Assembly (NCBI GenBank): GCA_020723925.1
Contig: DYHX01000003.1
Location: 1 to 52,584 of the forward strand
Length of the DNA: 52,584 nucleotides
Reading direction: 5' to 3'
From: Nitrospira japonica
GTDB taxonomy: Bacteria > Nitrospirota > Thermodesulfovibrionia > Thermodesulfovibrionales > DYHX01
A program made the translations under genes and the position numbers. Below the pieces are notes generated by a model, which made no database searches, had not been told where the DNA came from, and saw nothing but the letters and a program-made list of their open reading frames with translations. Of the stretch, positions 1-8,188 are shown piece after piece. The first letter of the stretch is position 1; every line of letters begins with the position of its first letter.

Positions 1-170
1 TAATCTCTGAGGCACTTACGATTGCCATATTAATTATCTGTCGATTATAAAAATTTTGAGACAGCCTTTCCTATATCTATTTTTCGGTTCTATTTCGTTG
101 TGTATTATACCCTTGCTAAAATGGATTGACAAGGGAGGATGGTTTGTTAAATAGAGAGAATCAGGCCTTC

Positions 171-1067
171 TTAAGGCTTGTAGTCCGGGTATTGCGACTC
201 CTGCAGTGCCTTAATCCTGTCATCAAGATCAGGGTGTGTTGCGAACAGCGCTGCTATGCCGCGCCTCTTAGAGCCTGAAATCCCAAACGCTGCTATCTTG
301 TCAGGCAGATGGGGTTGTCGTATTGAGGCCTTTAGCCCCTCCAGAGCGCCAATCATAGGTTTTTTGCCGACCATATCTGCGGCTCCGCTGTCAGCCCTGT
401 ATTCACGCCTGCGTGAAAACCAGAAGACAATAATAGATGCCAATATGGCCAACATAATTTCCGCTATAATCGTTGTTATCCAAAAGCCAATTCCGTGACC
501 CCTCTCGTTTTTCAATATAACCCTGTCAACTACATAACCAATAACACGGGATAGGAAGATTACAAAAGTATTCACCACACCCTGAATAAGTGCAAGTGTT
601 ATCATATCTCCATTGGCTATATGTGCTACCTCATGGGCCAGTACGGCGCGACTCTGTTGCCTGTCCATGCGGCGTAATAATCCTGAAGACACTGCAACTA
701 ACGCATTGTTCCTTCGCATGCCAGTAGCAAAGGCATTCATGTCGTCGGCTAGGTATATGGCAACTTCTGGAGTTCCGATACGAGACTGTTTCGCTAAGTC
801 TGATACTGTTCTGACAAGCCATGCCTCTGTTTCGTTGCCCGGAGAACTTATTGCTTTTGCACCAGTGAGTCTTTTTGCTGTCCACTTCGACAGTGCAAGG
901 CTTATGAATGCCCCGCCCATGCCGAATATAGCAGCAAAGATAAGCAATGACTGGTAATTTATTCCGTAGGGAGTTAAATATGGTTCTACCCCGAGTATTC
1001 TAAGTGTAGTGCTTAGTACTATCAAAATTGCTATGTTTGTAATTAGAAAATAAAATACTCTGCGCAT
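171..1067 (-). CDS. htpX: Membrane zinc metalloprotease HtpX (M48)
   Basis: N-terminal TM helices, NAFATG, HEVAH zinc motif followed by NGDM, FSRRREYRAD, THP motif; GGAGG RBS upstream. Confidence 0.95.
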   Translation of the reverse strand: MRRVFYFLITNIAILIVLSTTLRILGVEPYLTPYGINYQSLLIFAAIFGMGGAFISLALSKWTAKRLTGAKAISSPGNETEAWLVRTVSDLAKQSRIGTPEVAIYLADDMNAFATGMRRNNALVAVSSGLLRRMDRQQSRAVLAHEVAHIANGDMITLALIQGVVNTFVIFLSRVIGYVVDRVILKNERGHGIGFWITTIIAEIMLAILASIIVFWFSRRREYRADSGAADMVGKKPMIGALEGLKASIRQPHLPDKIAAFGISGSKRRGIAALFATHPDLDDRIKALQESQYPDYKP

Positions 1068-1098
1068 TTTAACCTCCTTATCCTTACATTCATTGCTC

Positions 1099-3783
1099 TT
1101 ATTTTGCCATCTTTTTCAGTATCTGTTCAAGTTTTTTCAGTTGTTCACCGTAACCTGCCCAATCTCCCTGTCTCTGAAGTTCGTTTGCCCTTTCGAATGC
1201 CCGCACAGCCTCTTTTGCAAGTTCATCAATAGAGACCCTGACATCTTCGATTAATTTTCCTTTAGTCGGCAAAACCTTTCTACCTCCGAATAACCTCTGA
1301 AGACCGAGTTCAAGGTTTTCCTCCATAACAACATCGTTTTCATAGGCAACAATGACCCTTCTAAGTTCTGGAAGCCCACCCTTGTCTACCGCAGCCAGAT
1401 ACAAGGGCTGAACATATAAGAGGGAGCTTTCAATTGGGATAACAAGAAGGCTTCCCCTTATGACCTGTGAACCCCCCTGGCCCCACAGGGTGAGTTGTTG
1501 AGATATATATGAATCCTGGTCTATACGGGCATCGATCTGTCTTGGTCCGAATACGAGTCTGTCCCTTGGAAAGGTATATGCGATCAATTTGCCATAGTTT
1601 GGTTCGTCACACCTCGCTGAAAGCCATGCTGCTAAATTGTCCCTTTTGGAAGGTGTGTAGGGTAAAAGTAAAATGTATTCTTCTTTTTTCTCTTCTGGAA
1701 GTTTCATCATGGTGTAGTATGGCTCCATGGGCTTATCACCGTAAACAGGTATCTCCCATAGGTCTTCTTTATTGTAAAAAACCTTCGGATCGGTCATGTG
1801 GTAAATCGAAAACATTTTTGCCTGCACCTGAAGAAACCCTTGCGGGTATCTGATATGTTTCCTCAGGTCATCCTGCATTTTTGACATGGGTTTGAAAAGA
1901 TCAGGGAAGATAGCATTATAGACCCTGACCACCATATCATCAGAGTCACTTATGTAGAAATTAACGGACCCATTGTAAGCATCAACTATAACCTTCACAG
2001 AATTCCTCATATAATTGATATTTCTGTTTAATGGCTTTGAATAAGGAACTCTGTTAGATACGGTATAGGCATCTACAATCCAGAACAACCTTCCATCTTC
2101 AGAGACAACAATGTAAGGGTCTGTATCATATACAAGGAACGGAGCAATGAGACGCACCCTATCTAAAATATTCCTGTTGTATAATATCCTGCTTTCGGGA
2201 GTAATGTCAGATGAAAGGACGATCTTGCCTGTATTAAACTTCATTGCAAACACCGCTTTCTTGATTAAAGATGATAACTTTACCCCTCCATCGCCTTTAT
2301 ATGAAGTGTAGACATTCCCTTCAGATGTCGGATAACTGAACTCAGGCACCTTTGTCTTTACAATTACATAATCACTCGAAAGCTCGCCAAAATATATCTC
2401 GGGCCTTGTTATCTTTATGTCTGCAGAGGAGACAGGGGGTATGTCTTTGATGATGAATTCAGGCAGACCTTCCCTGGTGATCCTGCTCACAGGGCCCATG
2501 GTGATGCCGTTACCGTGGGTGAAGACCATCTTCTCATTAATCCACGATTTACCTGGCAGGTCGTTGTAAGAGAGTTCCCTCGGAGACATCATGACCTGCA
2601 TATATTCGCCGTTGACTGCATATCGGTCATTGTCAACACCTGTAAATTTATAGTATGTCCTTATCTGCTGGAGCTGGCTGTACGTCCTGAGGAGAGGCGA
2701 GTCATCCCACAACCTGATGTTCTTAATAGTAGCATTGTTTCTTTCAATATCTTTAGCTGTCAGATTGTATGAAACATCAAACGGCCTGACCTCTATCCTT
2801 TCGAGGTCATAACCAACCCTGGTAAATTTAATACCGTGCTCTATGAATGGCCTCTCAAGGGCAAGTTCATTAGGTGCGACCTTAAGATTCTGGAGCAAAG
2901 ATGGATAAACCATAAGGCCGACCACATAGACCAGTGCTGTAAAACCTATCGGGAAAAATGCTATTTTCCATGACCCTCTGAAAAGTCCTGCAATGAAAAG
3001 AACACCGGTTATTAATGTAAGGATAATCAGCAATCTTAATGCAAGGAGTTTAGCATGAATGTCCGTGTATCCAGCCCCAAAGATTACACCATGTGCCGAG
3101 AATAATAGATTAAATTTATCGAGATAAAAACCAAAGGCTATATTCAGAATAAATAACCCTGCAAGAATTCTGATATGCCTTTTGACCCTTCCATCGATGG
3201 ATATATTGTTCTCCCTTGCGGTTATACCTCCCCTGAGAAGATAGTTAGCGGCCACGATGAAAAGCGCTGCCATAATGGTGAGACCTGCAAAACCTTTGAT
3301 GGATTCAATCAGGGGGAGTTCAAATAGATAAAAACCAATGTCCTTACTGAAGATAGGGTCACTTATACCTACATCCATGCGGTTCTGGAAGGTCAAGACC
3401 TCTTTCCATATAGAGCTGCCCCAGATGCCGGCAAAAAGTCCTGTCAGAATTCCTGCCAATATAGTCAGAGGTTTAACCACCTTATTTAATCCCCCTGTAT
3501 TCAGAGAGATTCTTGTTTGCTCTATGAAAAGCAGGTCGATCGATGGAAAATTAATTCTGTTTGCGACAATCACATTGGTTAATATAAAGGCAAGAGAAGA
3601 TAGACCGAATGCTAAGCCTACCAGAACCCTGGTCGAAAGAACCTTTGTGAAGACGTCTGGATAATTGACCTCATTGAAGAAGAGCCAGTTTGTGTATAAA
3701 TTGATTATTGTTACACTCCCAAATACGATAAGAAAAATTAAAGCGGCTAAAATAAGAATAAATGTCCTGTTCCTCTTCATCAT
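1099..3783 (-). CDS. UPF0182 family membrane protein
   Basis: 894 aa with several N-terminal TM helices; family motifs DPIFSKDIGFYLFELP, GAGYTD, NIRLWD, QQIRTYY, FTHGNG, NYMRNSVK, DAYNG, YVQPLYL. Confidence 0.93.
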   Translation of the reverse strand: MMKRNRTFILILAALIFLIVFGSVTIINLYTNWLFFNEVNYPDVFTKVLSTRVLVGLAFGLSSLAFILTNVIVANRINFPSIDLLFIEQTRISLNTGGLNKVVKPLTILAGILTGLFAGIWGSSIWKEVLTFQNRMDVGISDPIFSKDIGFYLFELPLIESIKGFAGLTIMAALFIVAANYLLRGGITARENNISIDGRVKRHIRILAGLFILNIAFGFYLDKFNLLFSAHGVIFGAGYTDIHAKLLALRLLIILTLITGVLFIAGLFRGSWKIAFFPIGFTALVYVVGLMVYPSLLQNLKVAPNELALERPFIEHGIKFTRVGYDLERIEVRPFDVSYNLTAKDIERNNATIKNIRLWDDSPLLRTYSQLQQIRTYYKFTGVDNDRYAVNGEYMQVMMSPRELSYNDLPGKSWINEKMVFTHGNGITMGPVSRITREGLPEFIIKDIPPVSSADIKITRPEIYFGELSSDYVIVKTKVPEFSYPTSEGNVYTSYKGDGGVKLSSLIKKAVFAMKFNTGKIVLSSDITPESRILYNRNILDRVRLIAPFLVYDTDPYIVVSEDGRLFWIVDAYTVSNRVPYSKPLNRNINYMRNSVKVIVDAYNGSVNFYISDSDDMVVRVYNAIFPDLFKPMSKMQDDLRKHIRYPQGFLQVQAKMFSIYHMTDPKVFYNKEDLWEIPVYGDKPMEPYYTMMKLPEEKKEEYILLLPYTPSKRDNLAAWLSARCDEPNYGKLIAYTFPRDRLVFGPRQIDARIDQDSYISQQLTLWGQGGSQVIRGSLLVIPIESSLLYVQPLYLAAVDKGGLPELRRVIVAYENDVVMEENLELGLQRLFGGRKVLPTKGKLIEDVRVSIDELAKEAVRAFERANELQRQGDWAGYGEQLKKLEQILKKMAK

Positions 3784-3811
3784 CTCTAAACCTCCTCTCG
3801 ATTTTAAATGG

Positions 3812-3915
3812 ATAGCGAGCGTATTCCCCGCAGCTTGCTGCGGGGTTTAGCAAGCGAATATAAAAATAATAATTCCTTGCATTAAGATTCCCTGTAGCAA
3901 GCTACGGGGAATCTT
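3812..3915. repeat. Double-hairpin palindromic element (REP-like or IS200/IS605-derived non-autonomous element)
   Basis: Hairpin CCCCGCAGC-TT-GCTGCGGGG (3826-3845) and related hairpin GATTCCCTGTAGC-AA-GCTACGGGGAATC (3886-3913) in a divergent intergenic region. Confidence 0.7.
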
Positions 3916-3998
3916 CAATTACAGGGTAAAAATTACTGGTCAAACCATTATATATATCCAGGGTGATAATAACAACCGTATTTAGTATAATTATAACT

Positions 3999-4646
3999 AT
4001 GAATGGATATTCTTTAGAGCATTTGATAACTGCAGTTGTAGCTGGACAAAATGACAGAGCTGTATCTATTGCGGAGGTATTACTTAAAAACGGCACAAGC
4101 CCCGAATCATTAATACAGGATGGACTGACTGTGGCGCTCCGCTCCCTCGATGCTAAGTGCACCGCTGAGGAGTTTAATCTCTTAGAGATAATGCTTGCAG
4201 GCAGGGCGATGATGACAGTCATGGACAATGTCATTGCAACACACCTTTTGAGCAGCTCTACAATTGAGCCTGTCCCTGAAAAGACAATTATTATAGGCAC
4301 AATAAAAGGAGACATCCATGAGCTTGGCAAAAATGTAGTAAAGATGATGCTTAAGGCTCAGGGGCTCAGGGTTATAGACATTGGCAAAGATGCAAGCCCT
4401 GAGAGCTTTGTCAAGGCTGCAATGTTAGAAAGTGCAAGATTTATCGGCGTAAGCAGCCTGATCACATTGACAATGCCATTTATAAGAGAGATAAGACCGC
4501 TGTTGAACGATACAGGGCTTGATAATGTAAAAATACTTGCTGGAGGGGCTGCAATACAGCAGGCATCTCCCTCGGACCTCAATGTTGATTTTGTCGCTCA
4601 GGACGTATTTGATGCCGTACACTACCTAAATGGGCTCACCTCATGA
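3999..4646 (+). CDS. Corrinoid (cobalamin)-binding protein, MtaC/MttC-like (cap domain + B12-binding Rossmann domain)
   Basis: DxHxxG motif (GDIHELGKNVV), SxL (SSLIT), GGA; N-terminal four-helix cap. Start moved from the track's GTG at 3963 to the ATG at 3999. Confidence 0.9.
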   Translation: MNGYSLEHLITAVVAGQNDRAVSIAEVLLKNGTSPESLIQDGLTVALRSLDAKCTAEEFNLLEIMLAGRAMMTVMDNVIATHLLSSSTIEPVPEKTIIIGTIKGDIHELGKNVVKMMLKAQGLRVIDIGKDASPESFVKAAMLESARFIGVSSLITLTMPFIREIRPLLNDTGLDNVKILAGGAAIQQASPSDLNVDFVAQDVFDAVHYLNGLTS

Positions 4647-5653
4647 CATCATATGAACGAGTATTAAACACTATAGAAGGTAAAGGCATTGACAGGGTCT
4701 CCGCAGCTCCGGAGATATTTGGCCTTTCAGCAAGGATAAATGGGTACACTATAAAACAGTATGTGACAGACGCACAAACACTCGCTTTATGTCAGATTAA
4801 AAGCCAACAGGTGTTTGGTTGCGATATTGTATTTGCCTTTGCTGATACAGCGCTGGAGGCTGAGGCAGTTGGATGCAGGCTTTACTATCCTGATAATGCA
4901 TATCCCTATATCGTTGATCATATCATTAAAACCTCAAAAGACATCGATAAGCTTAAAATACCAGACCCGTTCAGAGACGGCAGAATGCCATTAGTAGTTG
5001 AGGCATGCCGCTCAATGCATAATGAGCTAAAAGACGACTGTGTGGTAACAGCATGTGTGCCTGGTCCTATAAGCCTTGCAGCCCAACTCTCAGGGCTTGA
5101 GACATTTATGTTTTTGATAGCAGACGACTTAGACTCTGTGGAAAAAATACTTAATTTTTCAGAGGATGTGATAATGCGTTATGCAGAGGCACTTTTAAAG
5201 TCAGGTGCGCACTCTATAATGCTTTTTGACCCTGTCGCATCCCCGGCAGTTGTGCCGCCCTCTGTGTTTAAAGATCTGGAAGCCCCTCGTTTAAAACGGA
5301 TGACCGATGCACTCAGGGCGATGGGGTCAAAGTTCCTGTGGTTAAGCATTGCAGGGGCTACTCAAAAAATACTCCCGCTTTTTTCAGGTATAGGGATTGA
5401 CCTTGCTACCGTAGACTATGTAGTGCCTATATCTGATGCCATACGCCTCACCGAAGGTGTAATTATAAACGGCAATATAAAACCGCTGTCCTTTGTCACT
5501 GCCCAACCAGATGAGATAAAACAGATTGCCATTAACTGCTTAAATGAGGCAAAGGGCAGATTTATATTAGGCTCTGGGTGCGAAATGCCTCTTGAGTCGA
5601 AACCTGAGAACATAGGAGCGCTAATAGATGCGGCAGTTTCATCGCCCCTTTAA
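4643..5653 (+). CDS. Uroporphyrinogen decarboxylase-fold methyltransferase (MtaA/CmuA-like MT2), with atypical Zn site
   Basis: MTSYERV start, EAEAVG, DGRMP, GPISLA, FDPVAS, GNIKP, FILGSGCEMP..KPENI; ATGA overlap with the corrinoid gene. Confidence 0.85.
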   Translation: MTSYERVLNTIEGKGIDRVSAAPEIFGLSARINGYTIKQYVTDAQTLALCQIKSQQVFGCDIVFAFADTALEAEAVGCRLYYPDNAYPYIVDHIIKTSKDIDKLKIPDPFRDGRMPLVVEACRSMHNELKDDCVVTACVPGPISLAAQLSGLETFMFLIADDLDSVEKILNFSEDVIMRYAEALLKSGAHSIMLFDPVASPAVVPPSVFKDLEAPRLKRMTDALRAMGSKFLWLSIAGATQKILPLFSGIGIDLATVDYVVPISDAIRLTEGVIINGNIKPLSFVTAQPDEIKQIAINCLNEAKGRFILGSGCEMPLESKPENIGALIDAAVSSPL

Positions 5654-6314
5654 GCTTGTAGCCTGTGAGGTATTTAAAAAAGATATCCTCAGAATACAGC
5701 ACAGGTTTAATTTGACATCACAGTATGATACGCTTTTTCTAGCTTTTGGATACCACAGAAATCCAAAAGAACTATCAAAAAAACTGCAAGAGATTATTGA
5801 TAAATGCACAGATTATGAGTATACCATCCTTTCATACGGCTGCTGCGGAGGCGGTGCTATGGGCTTTGAGGTAAAAGAGACTCCGGTTGTGATACCAAGA
5901 GTCCATGACTGCTTTGATATTTTTTTAGGCAGACAAAAACGGACAGCACTTTTTAGAGAAGAGCCCGGGACTTACTTTCTATCGGATGGATGGGTCGCAT
6001 CAGACGGCACCCCATTTGAAAAGCTGAATAACAATAAAAGCAACTTAACTGTTGGCCTTGAAGACAATAATCTTATAACTCTGGCTTACAGCGGCTATAA
6101 AAGGCTGGTCTTTATCAGGACAGGCTCTGAATTAGATATAACCAATAGCCGAGTAAGGCTCTCCGCATCCATGATGGGATGGGATATGGTTGAAATAAAC
6201 TCAGACATGTCTGTATTACACAGACTTTTGAACTTTCAATGGGACAGTAATGATTTTTTAACGCTTAAAACTGGAGAGCGGTTTGATATACAAAGATTGA
6301 TAAAATCAGCATAA
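5628..6314 (+). CDS. DUF1638 domain protein
   Basis: ACEVF, GYHRNP, YGCCGGG, PRVHDCFDIFLG, GTYFLSDGW motifs typical of DUF1638, a family found next to corrinoid methyltransferases. Confidence 0.85.
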   Translation: MRQFHRPFKLVACEVFKKDILRIQHRFNLTSQYDTLFLAFGYHRNPKELSKKLQEIIDKCTDYEYTILSYGCCGGGAMGFEVKETPVVIPRVHDCFDIFLGRQKRTALFREEPGTYFLSDGWVASDGTPFEKLNNNKSNLTVGLEDNNLITLAYSGYKRLVFIRTGSELDITNSRVRLSASMMGWDMVEINSDMSVLHRLLNFQWDSNDFLTLKTGERFDIQRLIKSA

Positions 6315-6355
6315 GCCTTCGGTGCATAAAAAAATATGTAGGGGTTTATTTAAGC

Positions 6356-8188
6356 ATGAAAGACAAACACTTAAAGATTACCATACAGCCTGGCAATAAA
6401 AGAATTACCGTGCCTAAAGGTTCAAACCTTTTAAGCGTGCTCACCTTCGCCGGGGTAACTATCCCAACCCTTTGCAATCACAATGGCTCATGCGGTAAGT
6501 GCAGGGTTATATTAAGAACAGTGGCAGATGAGCCGTCAGATGTTGAACGCTTCTCCCTTGGCGAGGCATTAATAAGCGAAGGTTACAGACTTGCCTGTAA
6601 GACAATCATTTTTAATGACTGTGAAGTCGTTATCCCGCAGGAAAGCGTAGAGAATATGTTTGAACCTTCTTACACGGGTGAAGAGATTAGCCAGATATCA
6701 GAAATGCCTTATGCTGTAGAGCCGCATATCTTACAAAAAGAGGTCAATCTTACCAGTAGCAAAATCTTCCCTATAGACAAAAGGGTGTTGGCAGCAGTTG
6801 GTGAAAACTATAGCATCAGACCATCACTTATCTATCACCTAAAAGAAAAGGCATCAGGGCATTCATGGGCTGTGCTTAACAAAAGCCGTAGAGAGGTCAC
6901 TGATATTATAAAAAAACCCACTGCTGTATTAGCAGCCTTAGATATTGGAACAACAACTATAGCAGGGTATTTATTTGATGTAGCAGGGGGGAAACTGCTA
7001 AGCGCATCTACCATCTTTAACCCTACAACTGTATTTGGCGGAGATGTGATAAGCCGCCTTACATTTGCAGCGACTAACCCTGACGGCACAGCAAGGCTTC
7101 ACAGAAGTCTCTTAGAAGGGGTAAGGAACATATTACAGATACTTTGCAAGCGTGCAGAGCGTCAATCAAAAGATATATACCAGATTGCTGTGTGCGGCAA
7201 CACCATAATGCAGCATATATTCATAGGTATTGATGCCTCATGCATGGGTATTGCCCCATATGAGCCAACCATAACCAATCTATACAACATAAGACTGCGG
7301 CATATAAAAGACTACAAGGCATTGGGGCTTAATCAAGATATAGATGTCTTGATAATGCCGGCGGTAAGCGCATTTATAGGGGGCGATGCTGTTGCTTGCG
7401 CCCTTGCTGTAAGCCTGCACAAGAAAGATAGACCATCCCTTATTATAGATTTAGGCACTAATGGAGAGATGCTTTTAGGGCACAAAAAAGGTATATGGGC
7501 TGCATCAGCAAGCGCAGGGCCTGCCTTTGAAGGATATAGTCTAAGTTCAGGCATGCGTGCGGGGATTGGCGCAATAGAATATGTGGCGATAAACAATCAT
7601 CTGAGCGTCAAATACCGTGTAATAGGGGGGGGAGCACCTGTAGGCTTATGCGGCTCAGGGGCGATTTCAACAATGGCCCACCTTGTAGGCTATGGTTTTA
7701 TCACTGAAAAAGGTCATTTAAAGGCTTCTCAACAGTCTCAGCGTTTTACAGACGGAGGGTTTGTCATTGCCTCTGCAGAAGAGACATCAACGGGTAGACC
7801 AATAACATTCACCCGTAAGGACGTAGAGGCGCTTCAGTCAGCAAAGGCTGCATTTGCATGCGGCATCTCATATCTGATAAAGGCTGCAGACATCAGCCCT
7901 GAGGATATAGAAAATGTCTATCTTGCAGGCGCATTCGGAAACAGGATTGAAGTTGACGACCTCAAGGTCATAGGGCTCATACCGTCAGACATCAAGGCAG
8001 CAACTTCGTATATAGGCAATGCAGCAGGGATTGGCGTATCTATGGCGCTGCTGTCAGACACCGCGCAAAGCGACGCTCAAGCTATTGCAGATATGACAAA
8101 ACATATAAACCTCGGCGCTTCATTACAGTTTGAGGATGAATTCGTCAACGCCCTTTTCTTCAAAAATTCAGGATGCTATGGAAGGTAA
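6356..8188 (+). CDS. ATP-dependent reductive activator of corrinoid proteins (RACo/RamA-like, ASKHA, DUF4445) with N-terminal [2Fe-2S]
   Basis: CNHNGSCGKC...RLAC ferredoxin; DIGTTT, GGDVISR, DLGTNGE, AGPAFEG, GLCGSG, LAGAFG, GNAAG. Confidence 0.92.
   Translation: MKDKHLKITIQPGNKRITVPKGSNLLSVLTFAGVTIPTLCNHNGSCGKCRVILRTVADEPSDVERFSLGEALISEGYRLACKTIIFNDCEVVIPQESVENMFEPSYTGEEISQISEMPYAVEPHILQKEVNLTSSKIFPIDKRVLAAVGENYSIRPSLIYHLKEKASGHSWAVLNKSRREVTDIIKKPTAVLAALDIGTTTIAGYLFDVAGGKLLSASTIFNPTTVFGGDVISRLTFAATNPDGTARLHRSLLEGVRNILQILCKRAERQSKDIYQIAVCGNTIMQHIFIGIDASCMGIAPYEPTITNLYNIRLRHIKDYKALGLNQDIDVLIMPAVSAFIGGDAVACALAVSLHKKDRPSLIIDLGTNGEMLLGHKKGIWAASASAGPAFEGYSLSSGMRAGIGAIEYVAINNHLSVKYRVIGGGAPVGLCGSGAISTMAHLVGYGFITEKGHLKASQQSQRFTDGGFVIASAEETSTGRPITFTRKDVEALQSAKAAFACGISYLIKAADISPEDIENVYLAGAFGNRIEVDDLKVIGLIPSDIKAATSYIGNAAGIGVSMALLSDTAQSDAQAIADMTKHINLGASLQFEDEFVNALFFKNSGCYGR

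Noticed and set aside
1-28. Possible start of a minus-strand gene (MAIVSASEI...) running off the window
   Set aside because: Only 9 codons visible and no clear RBS; cannot be supported.
3790-3998. Cobalamin riboswitch upstream of the corrinoid cassette
   Set aside because: No B12-box or conserved core recognised; the hairpins are better explained as a repeat element.
4643-5653. hemE (true uroporphyrinogen decarboxylase)
   Set aside because: Lacks the N-terminal RQAGR motif; context is corrinoid methyl transfer.
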